DNA of 64,000 nucleotides from Lachnospiraceae bacterium (GCA_024692715.1 JAILMH010000073.1:1171-65170), one strand, 5' to 3'; positions 50,174-61,463 are shown, counted from the first letter of the stretch. Notes: generated by a model not told the origin, from the sequence alone. Translations and numbers: made by a program.

Positions 50174-50677
50174 TCACTTTTTAAGAAATACTTTAGAAGG
50201 ATAAACATTGCGTATAGCATCCACAAGTTCATCACTCGCTTCCAGTATTAATTTCTCGGAAGCGTTAGAATTTCTGAGCACCATTATAAAGCGTCTGGCA
50301 TCCTTTTCTCCTGAGCTGAAATCATGCACATTTTCAATATTTTTATACTGATCCAGCTGATATGCTCCTTCCTCGGCAAAGAGCTCCATTTTGTCCATTG
50401 TCACATCATAAACTGTCTTTCTCTTTTCTTTTCCGATGATCCTGTCAACAGAAAATTCCCTGGAAACATACAGATATTCGTATTCTACCGATAAAGCCGG
50501 CAGAAGAAAATAGCACGCTGCTGCTCCTGCCGCTCCAAGTATGAGGAATAATATCCCCTGAAAAAGCAGTCCAAACAGCAAAAATGCAGCAGTAAATCCA
50601 TAAGCGGCAGAACGTATGAGCGGAGCCGCCGGATTAGGTTTCCGGGACACAAGGCATTCTACATAAGTGTCATTCAT
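50174..50677 (-). CDS. Conserved membrane-anchored protein (DUF6106-like)
   Basis: D.YVE.LV.RK, two N-terminal TM helices, EYEYLY...EFSVDRI..K.KRK. Confidence 0.75.
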   Translation of the reverse strand: MNDTYVECLVSRKPNPAAPLIRSAAYGFTAAFLLFGLLFQGILFLILGAAGAAACYFLLPALSVEYEYLYVSREFSVDRIIGKEKRKTVYDVTMDKMELFAEEGAYQLDQYKNIENVHDFSSGEKDARRFIMVLRNSNASEKLILEASDELVDAIRNVYPSKVFLKK

Positions 50678-50688
50678 TTTTTACTCTC

Positions 50689-51279
50689 CTATTTCTGTGG
50701 AAAAATATATTTTTTTACTTCACTTCTATCAGCAGGTCTTGTGTCGTACATGTAACGAATGATAAAAAACATCAATATCATACAGACCAGACACGAAATA
50801 ATCTGCCCCCGCAGTGTTCCCATGAATTTAAAAAACGGGACCAGCGCCGTAACATATGACGCGATGTTGGCAGCACCGTGGGTCAGCATAGAAGCTGCCA
50901 CGCCGTCAAAACGCCAGTACACAAAGCACAGTATCAGACCAAAAAGTGAAGCATAGATAAACTGAATAAGATTTCCGTGATATATTCCGAATATGATGCT
51001 TGAGCCTATCGCTGCTGCCGCAGTTGCCATATATATCTTAAGCCTTCCGAAGAACATCCATCTAAAGATCGTCTCCTCTATGACAGGCGTGATCACCCCG
51101 TAAAGCACTATTCCTGTTTCAAGCGGGAGCATGAACATTCTCGGCTGTACTTCCTCTGAATACTTCGGAAATACATTAAAAAGACCGATTATATTGATCA
51201 GCTGCGTCAACGCAATGGCCGCCGTGATCCCAAGCGGGACCGACAGCCATATTCTTTTATCAGAAAACTGTTTTAACAT
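50689..51279 (-). CDS. CPBP (Abi/type II CAAX) intramembrane metalloprotease
   Basis: PVIEETIFR (EExxxR), FGIYH (FxxxH), HGAAN (HxxxN). Confidence 0.9.
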   Translation of the reverse strand: MLKQFSDKRIWLSVPLGITAAIALTQLINIIGLFNVFPKYSEEVQPRMFMLPLETGIVLYGVITPVIEETIFRWMFFGRLKIYMATAAAAIGSSIIFGIYHGNLIQFIYASLFGLILCFVYWRFDGVAASMLTHGAANIASYVTALVPFFKFMGTLRGQIISCLVCMILMFFIIRYMYDTRPADRSEVKKYIFPQK

Positions 51280-54200
51280 TCCCTATCCTCTCCTTCCCCA
51301 AGAGATATCGCCTCCTGAAGAGCTACCGAATAGATGATCCTGTCACCTATTTCAAGTCCTGTGAGATTATGGAGTGCCTCAGCATACAGATCGAGCTGTA
51401 TCGTATATCTTTCTTTAAGTATTTCGCTGTTTTTAACACGGTCGGTTTTATAATCGACAACGTATATTTTATCACCTTCTATGAAAAATGCATCAATTAT
51501 TCCCTGAATCTGAACTTTTTCTTCTTCAGGCCATGCTTCATCTATTTCAGAAGCCGGTCTTCCCATTATAAACGGCTGCTCTCTAAAAAGCGAATCTTTT
51601 TTTTCTGCCGCCTTCATTCTGGCCGCCAGTTCAGTTTTTGAAAATGCCAGGATATCTTTTGCATATATCAGCTTTGCTGCCTCTTCTGTAAGCTGCTCTG
51701 ATTCAACAAGCTCTTCCAGATATGCAAACACATCCTTAAGAGAATGTATCTTATCGATGTCGATAAGCTCAAAAGCTTTATGGTAGGCTGTACCACGCAA
51801 AGCCCCAAGTTCCGGATTTCTTGAAGATTTCTTCTCCTCTGCTTCCGGTTCTTCGGCTTCATCTTCTATGATGACCTTATTAGAGACCGCAGCCTCCTGC
51901 ATTTCTTCAAGCTGCGCCTGCTTTAGCCTTGAAACAGAGACCTTCACCGGAACCTCAAAGGATTTCTCATGTGAGTATTTCCAGAGGAGATTTTCCCCTA
52001 ATTCCTGTCTTACCGCCTCATCATACACATTTCCTGTATCTATGCGTTCAAACATACTTCGTCTGTCAGCAACAGTTATAGCCTCCATAACAGCCTCTTC
52101 TGCCTCTTTTGCGATATTTTTTACTATCACATCCAGCTGCTTCGAAATCTCTCCGGAATCAAGCGCTTCGATGACAAAATCAAGGAAAGATGAAGCGTGA
52201 AGTATTCCTGTTCCGCCACCTTCAAGCTTTTTCTCAGGATCCTTTACCACCGCAGTCATTATGAGCTTTTCCTCTGCACGGGTCATCGCCACATAAAACA
52301 CCCTGAGTTCCTCGCCTATGAGCGCCCTGCGACGCTTTTCCGCAATGACATTTTTAAGCATGCTTCCGCTCCTGATCCTTGTTTCAGGATCTGTCCTGTC
52401 AGTGCTTATTCCAAGCTCAGAATCCATTATCAGCTTTCCGCTGAGGTCCCTCATGTTAAACTGCTTTGAAAGGTTGGAAACAAAAACAACCGGAAATTCA
52501 AGTCCCTTTGACTTATGAATACTCATTATCCTTACTGCATTTGCCTCGTCACCTGTTCCCGAAGCCTCACCAAAATCCATATCGAACTTTTTCATTTTCT
52601 CAATATAGCGGATAAAAAAGAAAAGTCCCTTATAACTTGTTGCCTCATAATCCGCAGCTCTCTGGATCAGCATATCCAGATTGGCCCTGGCGGACCCGCC
52701 TCTGGTTTCAGCATAGATTCCGTAATCGGTCTCATCTATGATTTTTTCTATGAGTGTATGTATAGGAAGGTATGTAGATTCTTCTCTATAGCCTTTTATC
52801 ATTTTTAAAAATAATATACTTTTATTTTTTAATCCATCAGAAGCCGGAACCGCATTTTCTTCAAGCTCCATCTCACCTGCAGCACTTCGGAGTGCATCAT
52901 AAAAACAGCCTTCAGGACGTGCCTGACGGATCTCTGCCATTTCTGCATCTGTAAAGCTTCCAATGACACTTTTCATAAGTGACGAAAGCGGAATATCCTG
53001 TCTCGGATTGTCTAGGACCATTATAAATGAGATCATAGTCCTTATTTCTTCGGTCTGAAAATATCCTGTTCTCGACTCGATATACACAGGTATCCCCGCT
53101 GCCTCAAGCTGCTCAGCATACACCTCATCAACCCCGCTGAGCGATCTCAAAAGGATCACAAAATCTCTGTATTCTGCCTTATGGGTAGTCTTTGTCTTCC
53201 TGTCCTCCACCATATAGCTTCCGGCCATTTCCTTTATCCTTGAAGCAACTTCTCTCGCTTCAAGAACTGTTGAGTCAATTTCACCATCGCTGTCTGCCGT
53301 TATCAGCTCAAGCTCAGCGGTGTGGTCAACACCTGTATCAGAATAATCTGCTCCGTAATAAAGGCTTGCATCCTCGTCATATTCTACTCCGCCGATATTC
53401 TCATGCATTATAGGTCTAAAAACAGCGTTTACCGCATCTATAACTTCCTCTCTGCTTCGGAAATTCTTCGAAAGCACTATTCTTTCCGACTTCTCATCAG
53501 TTTCAGAAAAATTATATCTTCTTACAAATATCTCCGGCTCAGCCAGTCTAAAGCTATAAATACTCTGCTTAACGTCCCCTACACAGAAGTAATTATTATC
53601 TCTCGCCACTGCTGTAAGTATCGCTTCCTGAACGCTATTACTGTCCTGATACTCATCTGTCATTATCTCCTCAAAGTACTCTTTATACTCTTCCCCTGCA
53701 TCAGTTTCGAGTATCTGAAGCGCCATATGCTCAAGGTCAGCGAAATCAATGACATTTTTATTTTCCTTCAATTCACCGAATTTTTCAGAAAATCTGAGGG
53801 TGAGCCTGATTATCTCCTCGATCAGAGGTTTTACCGCCGTGATATTCTTAAAGATCTCCTCCGGAGTCTTAACAAGCCATTTATCCTTAAGCTTATTTAC
53901 ACTGGTCTTTACGACGTCTCTGAGCGCCTTTACGCGCTCCTTTTTCCCCTCATCGACATCTTCACCCCTTTTTCTTGAAAGAGTGGCAAATTTCTGATTT
54001 AAAGCGCCAATACGCATGGCTTCATAACTTTCCGCCGCAAGCAGTGTTTCAATCCCATCAATATCTGAATCCAGCGTTTCAATATACTGCCCGGGTCCCC
54101 CCGGCTCTTCTGCTATGGATCTGGCAGTTTCCAGAATCCTGAGTGTATCCTTCAGCTCATCTCTGACCATTGAGAGCATAAGCTTCATCCATTCTCCACC

Positions 54201-54818
54201 CATCAGCTCTTCTTTAGTTTCAAAGCTGTAATTTTCCAGAAGGTCTGTTATCCATCTGTCCGGATTGCTCTTACTTCTGGAAAATGCAAAAAGTGCCGAA
54301 ATTGCCGACATGACATCCGAGTCATCTCTTGATGCCGAGAATTCCTCAAGAAATCTGCCGAACTCCTCTGATGCCTCGTCGTAGGACTCCTCAAGCACCT
54401 CTGACATCGCATCTTCCTGCATGAGCTCAAGTTCGCTGGTATCTGCAACCCTAAACTGCGGATCAATGCCTATCCTGTCAAAGTTATCCCTTATGACCAT
54501 CCTGCAGAAACTGTCGATAGTCATGATATGCGCCGCATGAATAAGTGATCTCTGTCGTTTAAGGTGTTCATCTTCCGGAGCCGCATCAGCAGCCGCCTCC
54601 AGTGCATCACGAATTCTTTCCTTCATTTCTGCAGCTGCGGCATTAGTAAAAGTAACGACCAGTATTCTGTCTATATCTATAGGATTTTCGCTGTCACAGA
54701 CTCTTTCTATGATTCTCTCTACAAGAACTGCCGTCTTTCCCGATCCCGCAGCAGCAGCTACTAAAACATTTTTATTTCGGGAGTCGATGACCTTCTGCTG
54801 ATCTTCTGTAAATTTCAT
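51273..54818 (-). CDS. addA: Helicase-nuclease AddAB subunit A
   Basis: AAAGSGKTAVLVER, VTFTNAAA.EM, DEYQD, VGDVKQSIYSFR, SIHKSKGLEFP, YVAMTRA, QGIID...VDYKTD. Confidence 0.96.
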   Translation of the reverse strand: MKFTEDQQKVIDSRNKNVLVAAAAGSGKTAVLVERIIERVCDSENPIDIDRILVVTFTNAAAAEMKERIRDALEAAADAAPEDEHLKRQRSLIHAAHIMTIDSFCRMVIRDNFDRIGIDPQFRVADTSELELMQEDAMSEVLEESYDEASEEFGRFLEEFSASRDDSDVMSAISALFAFSRSKSNPDRWITDLLENYSFETKEELMGGEWMKLMLSMVRDELKDTLRILETARSIAEEPGGPGQYIETLDSDIDGIETLLAAESYEAMRIGALNQKFATLSRKRGEDVDEGKKERVKALRDVVKTSVNKLKDKWLVKTPEEIFKNITAVKPLIEEIIRLTLRFSEKFGELKENKNVIDFADLEHMALQILETDAGEEYKEYFEEIMTDEYQDSNSVQEAILTAVARDNNYFCVGDVKQSIYSFRLAEPEIFVRRYNFSETDEKSERIVLSKNFRSREEVIDAVNAVFRPIMHENIGGVEYDEDASLYYGADYSDTGVDHTAELELITADSDGEIDSTVLEAREVASRIKEMAGSYMVEDRKTKTTHKAEYRDFVILLRSLSGVDEVYAEQLEAAGIPVYIESRTGYFQTEEIRTMISFIMVLDNPRQDIPLSSLMKSVIGSFTDAEMAEIRQARPEGCFYDALRSAAGEMELEENAVPASDGLKNKSILFLKMIKGYREESTYLPIHTLIEKIIDETDYGIYAETRGGSARANLDMLIQRAADYEATSYKGLFFFIRYIEKMKKFDMDFGEASGTGDEANAVRIMSIHKSKGLEFPVVFVSNLSKQFNMRDLSGKLIMDSELGISTDRTDPETRIRSGSMLKNVIAEKRRRALIGEELRVFYVAMTRAEEKLIMTAVVKDPEKKLEGGGTGILHASSFLDFVIEALDSGEISKQLDVIVKNIAKEAEEAVMEAITVADRRSMFERIDTGNVYDEAVRQELGENLLWKYSHEKSFEVPVKVSVSRLKQAQLEEMQEAAVSNKVIIEDEAEEPEAEEKKSSRNPELGALRGTAYHKAFELIDIDKIHSLKDVFAYLEELVESEQLTEEAAKLIYAKDILAFSKTELAARMKAAEKKDSLFREQPFIMGRPASEIDEAWPEEEKVQIQGIIDAFFIEGDKIYVVDYKTDRVKNSEILKERYTIQLDLYAEALHNLTGLEIGDRIIYSVALQEAISLGEGEDREC

Positions 54819-57800
54819 TCCTCTCCCTCCTCAAGTTCCTTTTTCATCTCCAGGATAACGTCATCTGTGCTTCCAAGCTTTCTGGCAGCCCTTGCCTTAT
54901 ATCCGTTAAGCCTTTCATCAAAGAAGCACACATCTCTATACGCACAATACTCACAGGTAAGCTTTTTGTCATATTTTACCGGAAGCTTTGAAACATCTCC
55001 GTCCATGATATTTTTTCTGAAAACATCGGTCTTATGCTTAACAAAATCAGAAAGCACCCTGAATCCATCTTCTCCGAGCACACCTGAAGCCGCCGTATAG
55101 CTCCCGTCTTTCTTGATCCCGACAGGGATAACCTCTGACTTCCCTGAAAATTCTCTGTCGTAAAGTCTTATGATATCAATATCACTGTTAACGATACCTC
55201 TGAGCTTAAGATTTTCTCTTATCTTCTGGTCGGCATCTTCCTTTGTGACGCTCTTAAGGTCAGATTCATTGACCTCCGGATCATCAATATGATAATAAAA
55301 GAGTCCTGCAGGCTCCGTTTCCTTCCCCGGAAAATCAATTGTCTCTATCTGCATTGCTGCATTCATATAGATCACAAGCTGCAGATCAAGCCCATAATAT
55401 ATCCTTGATATATCAAAGTCCTTATTACCGGATTTATAGTCGATAACAGATACATATATCTTATTCCCGTCTCCGACAGTATCTATCCTGTCGATCCTTC
55501 CGGTAAATCCGTCATAGGAAAAGCCTCTCTCGAAGCCCGTGGTCTTAAATTCGCCTTTCTTCGCCTGTGAAGTGAGTACAGCTACAGTTCTCTTTAATAT
55601 CCTTGCCATTCGGGTAATAAAATACTCGTTTCTCTTTGAGCTTGTAAGTACCACGTTTTCATTTTCTGAGAGGAATTTATCCAGTGCTTCCTTCGCAAGC
55701 TTCTCCGTATCATTATCATCAAGGTCGGAAAATGTCATACCTCTGTCCTGAAGTATCGCCGAACAGGTCTGGAGCACTCCGTGCAGCAGGGTTCCCATAT
55801 CTCTTCGCTCAAAGCTGAATTCCTCCCTCTCCCTGAGCTTAAGCCCATACTGCAGAAAATGCTGATATGCACAGGCCGCATATCTTTCAAGCCTTGAAGC
55901 TGAGGCATTTGAATTATCTCCATATAACGCCTTTGCTGCAGCCTTTGAAATAGGATCTGTCCTGTAATCAAAAAATGCCGCATCCATCATAAGTTTCAAT
56001 GCCCGCCTGTATTTTTCTGAATTCTTAAAAAAGCTGTAAAGCTCCTCTGTTCTCTCGTCAGGGGCACTTTCAAACCCTTTTCCAAGCTCTCTCATAGCAT
56101 CAGCTTCCGTAAGTATTCCCTTCAAAGAGGACTCTGAATATTTACTCGTGACAAGCTTAGGAAACATCTTTCTGACCACATTCAAAAAGTATGAAGCTCT
56201 CTTTGATTTACCTGAAAGATCCGTAGCCGAATAACTAAGAAAAAGCTCATTCTTAGGTTTTGTGATATTCATGTAAAAATACAGCTTTTCTTCACCAATC
56301 TTTTCAGCCGCAGTAGGCGAAAGCCTGATATTCTGCTTTTTAAGGAACTCACGGTCAAAGTCAGACAGTATCCCTGAGCCTTTATTTTCATGCGGTATGA
56401 GCGATTCATTAAGTCCAAGGAAGAAAAGAACTTTTATATTTCCGAGTCTGCTTCGTGTCATATCTCCTGCGCTTAAAGTATCGAGTCCCGGTGGGATTAT
56501 GCCGACCCTTATCTCGTCGAAGCCTGCGTTCAGCGTTTCAAGATACTCCTTTAAGGTCATCTTTTCATTCGGGATAAGATTTTCAACTCTGTCAAAAAGC
56601 TCCGTTATCTTGTCATAAATCTGCTTATACTCTGCACTTTTTTCCGGAAGGCCTTTCTCTGCAAACTCCTCGCACTTGGCCTCCAGACGTTCTTTGATGT
56701 GCTCATGCTCTGCAAATTCCCGGAGGACTTTAGTATATTCACCTGCACTGACTCCGCGCTTCTTCATCACCTCATCAAGGGGGTCAAAAAGTTCCACGAT
56801 CCTTTCACGAATCTTATTAAGCGTTTCAAGGTCTTCCTCTGTGACCTCTTTTGTGTGATAGACCCATGCTGTCCTGTATTTCTTTCTTCCGCGGATATTC
56901 ATGGCGCGCACATAATTTTCAGTTTTATCTATCTCATCATCGCTGAATTCAGTGAGCCCTGTCCTGAGGAAATGAAAAACCGTTTCATAGCTATAGTTCT
57001 CTGCTTCAACACCTAATGCCGCACGTATCATTTCAACAAAGGGATTCAGTGTCACCGCATTTGTTTCATCCACAAAAAGCGGTATTGAATATCTTGCCGC
57101 CTCACGCCTGAGCATAGAAGCATAAGTTCCTGTATCCGAAAGGACTATTCCTATCTCACGGTATCTTATATCTCCGCCATGCATAAGCTCCACGATCTTT
57201 CTGCATACCGAACGGACCTCATCAGCAGGTGTAGAACACTCCGTCACATGAATATGCTCCGGCACCTCATCATAAACAGCAGCTTTCTTCCTAAAGATCT
57301 TCTCCTCAAGGAACTTAAGATCTGCCCTTTCCTTAAGCCGTACAGATCCGTTTTCATAAAGCCGCACCGTTTCAACGCTCCAGCCCTGCTCATCTGCAAG
57401 CTTTCTGAGCTCAGCGATGGAAATAACAGACATACTGAAAAAATCACCGTCGCTGCCGTCATAATCAAGCGCAACCGTGATATCTTCCACATGGTCCATG
57501 AGCATTTTTATGAACCTGTACTGGATTGGCGTAAAACCTGTATAGCTGTCAAAATATACAGAAGATCCGTCTATAAATCGTGAACGCTCTGCTGAACGTA
57601 TCGCCAGATCCAAAAGCTCTTCTTTCGTAATATATTTAGTTCCAAGTTCATCTCTGAAAGCACGATAGAGCACAGCGATATCTTCCAGTTTTGCAGAAAG
57701 ATAGCGCTGCGTACCGTTCTCAGCCGCTGCCGAGCTTATCACCTCATTATTAATATCATATTGGATAAATTCAGAAATTACAGATTTGATCTCACTGATA

Positions 57801-58156
57801 TAGCCCTGTTTTTTAAGGTTTTTTCCAAGAATCTTCAATTCTTCAGCATGATCCGCCGCCACTCTGCGCAAAATTAGATTTTTACCGGTATCGTCAAGGA
57901 GCTCTCTCGTATCTCCTCCAGCGCTGTCAAAAATTCTATGGGCAAAACGGGCAAAGCCCAAAACATCTATGTTTAAAATACCGCCGCCCTTAGTTCTCTC
58001 GATAAGGTCTGCGGTAACTGTGTGTGATGTCTGTTCAGGAACGACCACTATAACATTTTTTTTAAGATTTTCTGAAGCCCTTTCTATCGCATCACGGTAC
58101 AGCGTCTCTGTTTTACCGCTTCCGCTCGGCCCCAGTATCAGTTTCAAAACTCCCAC
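54815..58156 (-). CDS. addB: Helicase-nuclease AddAB subunit B
   Basis: GPSGSGKT, VVVPEQ, SASRLE.YAAC, GRIDRID, VIDYKSG, LQL.IY, CEYCAYRDVC Fe-S staple. Confidence 0.94.
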   Translation of the reverse strand: MGVLKLILGPSGSGKTETLYRDAIERASENLKKNVIVVVPEQTSHTVTADLIERTKGGGILNIDVLGFARFAHRIFDSAGGDTRELLDDTGKNLILRRVAADHAEELKILGKNLKKQGYISEIKSVISEFIQYDINNEVISSAAAENGTQRYLSAKLEDIAVLYRAFRDELGTKYITKEELLDLAIRSAERSRFIDGSSVYFDSYTGFTPIQYRFIKMLMDHVEDITVALDYDGSDGDFFSMSVISIAELRKLADEQGWSVETVRLYENGSVRLKERADLKFLEEKIFRKKAAVYDEVPEHIHVTECSTPADEVRSVCRKIVELMHGGDIRYREIGIVLSDTGTYASMLRREAARYSIPLFVDETNAVTLNPFVEMIRAALGVEAENYSYETVFHFLRTGLTEFSDDEIDKTENYVRAMNIRGRKKYRTAWVYHTKEVTEEDLETLNKIRERIVELFDPLDEVMKKRGVSAGEYTKVLREFAEHEHIKERLEAKCEEFAEKGLPEKSAEYKQIYDKITELFDRVENLIPNEKMTLKEYLETLNAGFDEIRVGIIPPGLDTLSAGDMTRSRLGNIKVLFFLGLNESLIPHENKGSGILSDFDREFLKKQNIRLSPTAAEKIGEEKLYFYMNITKPKNELFLSYSATDLSGKSKRASYFLNVVRKMFPKLVTSKYSESSLKGILTEADAMRELGKGFESAPDERTEELYSFFKNSEKYRRALKLMMDAAFFDYRTDPISKAAAKALYGDNSNASASRLERYAACAYQHFLQYGLKLREREEFSFERRDMGTLLHGVLQTCSAILQDRGMTFSDLDDNDTEKLAKEALDKFLSENENVVLTSSKRNEYFITRMARILKRTVAVLTSQAKKGEFKTTGFERGFSYDGFTGRIDRIDTVGDGNKIYVSVIDYKSGNKDFDISRIYYGLDLQLVIYMNAAMQIETIDFPGKETEPAGLFYYHIDDPEVNESDLKSVTKEDADQKIRENLKLRGIVNSDIDIIRLYDREFSGKSEVIPVGIKKDGSYTAASGVLGEDGFRVLSDFVKHKTDVFRKNIMDGDVSKLPVKYDKKLTCEYCAYRDVCFFDERLNGYKARAARKLGSTDDVILEMKKELEEGEE

Positions 58157-58160
58157 ACAC

Positions 58161-58847
58161 TCATCCTCCTTTTTTCATCTGCCATTTATTATATAACCGA
58201 TTTCCTATAGCTCCAAGCACAATCGTCAAAAGAAAAACCGCTGCAAATATTTCATATTTTCCGGCTCCAAGCGCACTTCCACTCAATGCCGAAAGCAGTA
58301 TCGACGGGAAACGCCCCACTGCTGTGATAAAGAGCCATAACGGTATTGACATATCTGTAAGACCGACGGCATAGGAAATAAGGTCCTTCGGTGTACCAGG
58401 AACCAGAAAAAGAATAAATATTATTTTATCTGACCTTTGATCTGTAGTAAGGAATTTCATGGATTCGATCTTTTCCCGGCTGAAAAATATCTCCATGATT
58501 CTTCTTCCAAATTTTCTTCCAAGTAAAAAAGCTATGAGGCTTCCGACCGTCATGGCTGCATCACAAAGAAGCGTACCTGCAAGAGCTCCATAGGCATATC
58601 CTGCCGCTATCTCAAAAGGTCCGCCGGGAATTATGGCTATTACCACCTGCAGAACATTTGCCAAGAAAAAAATGAGCAAACCAAAAAGTCCTTTATTCTT
58701 CATATAAACTCTAAACCGTTCCGGTTCTTTAGCCATATCGACTAAAGGCATCAACACCTTCCAGCCGACCACCGTGAAGAATAAAAGGACTATTAAGATC
58801 AAAACCAATGTTATAACTTTTTTCTTATATCTTTTGTCTTTTTCCAT
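58161..58847 (-). CDS. TVP38/TMEM64 (VTT/DedA-related) membrane protein
   Basis: LQVVIAIIPG..FE.AAGY.YG, G...AF.LGR.FG, FLVPGTPKDL.SY..GLT, GR.PS. Confidence 0.9.
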   Translation of the reverse strand: MEKDKRYKKKVITLVLILIVLLFFTVVGWKVLMPLVDMAKEPERFRVYMKNKGLFGLLIFFLANVLQVVIAIIPGGPFEIAAGYAYGALAGTLLCDAAMTVGSLIAFLLGRKFGRRIMEIFFSREKIESMKFLTTDQRSDKIIFILFLVPGTPKDLISYAVGLTDMSIPLWLFITAVGRFPSILLSALSGSALGAGKYEIFAAVFLLTIVLGAIGNRLYNKWQMKKGG

Positions 58848-59391
58848 TACCTATTCGCTTTGAAACATAGATGAAAAACAGATATCCTGCTGCAGCTCCA
58901 AGAGTGTTCATAATGATATCGTCCAGTTCAAAATGACCAAGTCCTGTAAAATACTGCGTTGTCTCTATGATAATACTCATAACTAATCCGGATACAGCGC
59001 CGAAATACGGCTTTCTGAAAATCTTAAATCCCTGCGGGAGCAAAAATCCCAGAGGCAGTGTCAGCATAAAATTCTCGGCAAGGTGTATCAGTGTAAGCTC
59101 CGGGAATAGTACTGACATCTGAAAGAACGTAAGTGTCGCTTCCGAATTGTCAAACTGACCAAAATTCCTGTTAAAGAGCGTTAAAGTAAGTGCAAAATAA
59201 GCATACAGCGTAAGCGCCATAAGCCATAAAAAGCGGCCTGATATATGAAATTTCTTCTCTGCCTTGTCCCTGCAGATCCGGAGAAGTCCCGGAACTGCTG
59301 CAGCTCCAACCATCGCTGCTCCCGCTCCATAATTGATAACAGCAGCTGAAAGGTCGCTTATTATCGTTGTAAAAATATATGTGTCTGTCAT
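58825..59391 (-). CDS. VanZ family membrane protein (second, distinct subtype)
   Basis: EN.ML.LPLGFLLP, S..IE..QY..G.G.F..DDI.MNTLG; ATG 59391 follows a GGAGG RBS. Confidence 0.85.
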   Translation of the reverse strand: MTDTYIFTTIISDLSAAVINYGAGAAMVGAAAVPGLLRICRDKAEKKFHISGRFLWLMALTLYAYFALTLTLFNRNFGQFDNSEATLTFFQMSVLFPELTLIHLAENFMLTLPLGFLLPQGFKIFRKPYFGAVSGLVMSIIIETTQYFTGLGHFELDDIIMNTLGAAAGYLFFIYVSKRIGNGKRQKI

Positions 59392-59546
59392 AATAAATCC
59401 CTCCGGAATACGTTTCCTAAAAAATTCCAATCCATTTATTAAGGCAACAGTATATCGGAGGAATTATAAAGCATTGTTAATGTTTTGTGATGAATTTGTG
59501 TATTGCACACATTTTATAGTCTTTTAATAATTACCGGTCCCGGTCT

Positions 59547-61463
59547 TCAAAGATTCTCCAGATCTTCAAGCCATAGCCTTGATACTGCGTCTGAAGGCAT
59601 TCTCAGATCTCCGCGGGGAGAAAGTGCTATAGTTCCGACCTTTGGACTGTCCGGAAGGCATGAGCGCTTGAACTGCTGCGTAAAGAATCTTCTGTAGAAG
59701 GTCTTAAGCCATTTAAGGATCACCTCTGCAGAGTAGATCCCGTCAAATGTAAATACCGCAAGCCTGTATATCTTTGATGGCTTAAAGCCGAATCTGAGGA
59801 CGTAATAGAGGAAGAAATCATGAAGCTCATAAGGTCCGACGAGATCCTCTGTCTGCTGTGCGATCTCTCCATCCTTCGTAGGAGGAAGAAGCTCCGGGCT
59901 CACCGGCGTATCAAGAACATCCAGAAGCACATCCTTAAGCACCTCTTCACCACAGGTATCCGCATAATATCTTACAAGATGGCGCACAAGTGTCTTCGGA
60001 ACCCCTGCGTTTACGCCGTACATCGACATATGATCTCCATTATAGGTAGCCCAGCCCAGTGCCAGCTCTGACATATCTCCTGTACCTATTACGAGTCCGC
60101 CGTTCTGATTCGCAATGTCCATAAGGATCTCAGTCCTCATACGGGCCTGGCTGTTCTCATAAGTGACATCATGTACATTTTCATCATGCCCGATATCTTC
60201 AAAATGCTGGCGCACAGCCTTGACAATGCTCACTTCGCGAAACTCACAGCCAAGTGTCTTTATGAGCGTTACCGCATTTGTATATGTTCTGTCCGTTGTT
60301 CCGAAACCAGGCATAGTCACTGCTGTTATACCGCTCCTGTCGAGTCCCAGGCTGTCAAAAGCTCTGACTGTCACAAGAAGGGCCAGCGTAGAGTCGAGTC
60401 CTCCGGAAATTCCGATGACCGCATGGCTTGCATGTACATGATCAAGCCTCTTTTTAAGGCCCATTGCCTGAATGTTCAAAACCTCATCACAGCGCCTGTC
60501 TCTTGATGCCGCATCATCCGGTACGAACGGGAATCTCTCAGGCTTATGCGAAAGCCTTGTCTCCTCAACGCTTAAAGAAAACGGAATCTTAAGATACTCT
60601 TCTTCGCCGCTGCAGACATAGGTATTCTGTCTGCGACGATCGGCGCAAAGCCTTTCAACATCTATATCGGCATAGGTTATCTCATTGTGGAAGAGCTTCG
60701 ACTCTGCAAGTATAGCCCCATTCTGGGCAATGATATTGTGGCCTCCAAATACAAGATCCTGGCTGGACTCGCCCTCTCCTGCAGAAGCATAGACATATGC
60801 TGATATCTGCCTTGCTGAAAGAGCTGATACAAGAGTACGGCGGAAATCATCCTTGCCGATCACCTCATCGCTCGCGGAGAGATTAACTATAAGGTCGGCG
60901 CCTGCTGCCGCCGCTGCCATTGAAGGCGGTGTAAGGACCCATCCGTCTTCACAGATCTCCGCTGCGACCTTCAAGGCTTTTGGCTCTGAGCTGTTTTCAA
61001 AGATGATATTTGTTCCAAATGGAGTTTCCATTCCATAAAAATCTATCACCTTCGGAACAGCATTTCCCTCTGTGAAGTGCCTCTTTTCATAAAACTCAGA
61101 ATAATTAGGCAGATAAGTCTTTGGAATTATAGCAAGTACAAGACCTCTGTGAAGCACTGCTGCCGCATTATAAAGCTTTCCGTCCACTTCAAAAGGAAGT
61201 CCCACGAAAACAAGAGAATCAAAATTTGCCGTAAACTCAGCAAGATTTTTTAATGCTTCACTGCAGGCATCTATGAGTATCTTCTGCTCAAAGAGATCAC
61301 CGCAGGTATAGCCTGAAAGCGCAAGCTCAGGGAAAACTATCACCTTGGCTCCCTTAGCAGCACCTTCTGAGATAAGAAGCTCTATCTGCTCTTCATTATA
61401 TTTAACATCAGCTACTTTGATCTTCGGAGTCGCCGCAGCCACCTTTACGAATCCGTCATTCAT
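59547..61463 (-). CDS. nadE: Glutamine-dependent NAD+ synthetase
   Basis: Nitrilase domain FPEL..SGY, K.YLPNY.EFYE.R, EICED; synthase domain GISGGLDSTL, ENSQAR.RT, GTGDMSE, GVPKTL, KRSCLP. Confidence 0.96.
   Translation of the reverse strand: MNDGFVKVAAATPKIKVADVKYNEEQIELLISEGAAKGAKVIVFPELALSGYTCGDLFEQKILIDACSEALKNLAEFTANFDSLVFVGLPFEVDGKLYNAAAVLHRGLVLAIIPKTYLPNYSEFYEKRHFTEGNAVPKVIDFYGMETPFGTNIIFENSSEPKALKVAAEICEDGWVLTPPSMAAAAAGADLIVNLSASDEVIGKDDFRRTLVSALSARQISAYVYASAGEGESSQDLVFGGHNIIAQNGAILAESKLFHNEITYADIDVERLCADRRRQNTYVCSGEEEYLKIPFSLSVEETRLSHKPERFPFVPDDAASRDRRCDEVLNIQAMGLKKRLDHVHASHAVIGISGGLDSTLALLVTVRAFDSLGLDRSGITAVTMPGFGTTDRTYTNAVTLIKTLGCEFREVSIVKAVRQHFEDIGHDENVHDVTYENSQARMRTEILMDIANQNGGLVIGTGDMSELALGWATYNGDHMSMYGVNAGVPKTLVRHLVRYYADTCGEEVLKDVLLDVLDTPVSPELLPPTKDGEIAQQTEDLVGPYELHDFFLYYVLRFGFKPSKIYRLAVFTFDGIYSAEVILKWLKTFYRRFFTQQFKRSCLPDSPKVGTIALSPRGDLRMPSDAVSRLWLEDLENL

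Noticed and set aside
51273-58156. Chi-like or other polarised over-represented motifs (e.g. frequent AAGCTC/AAGCTT)
   Set aside because: Explained by Glu-Leu and Lys-Leu codon pairs on the coding strand; Chi identification needs a genome-wide strand-skew word count that I cannot run
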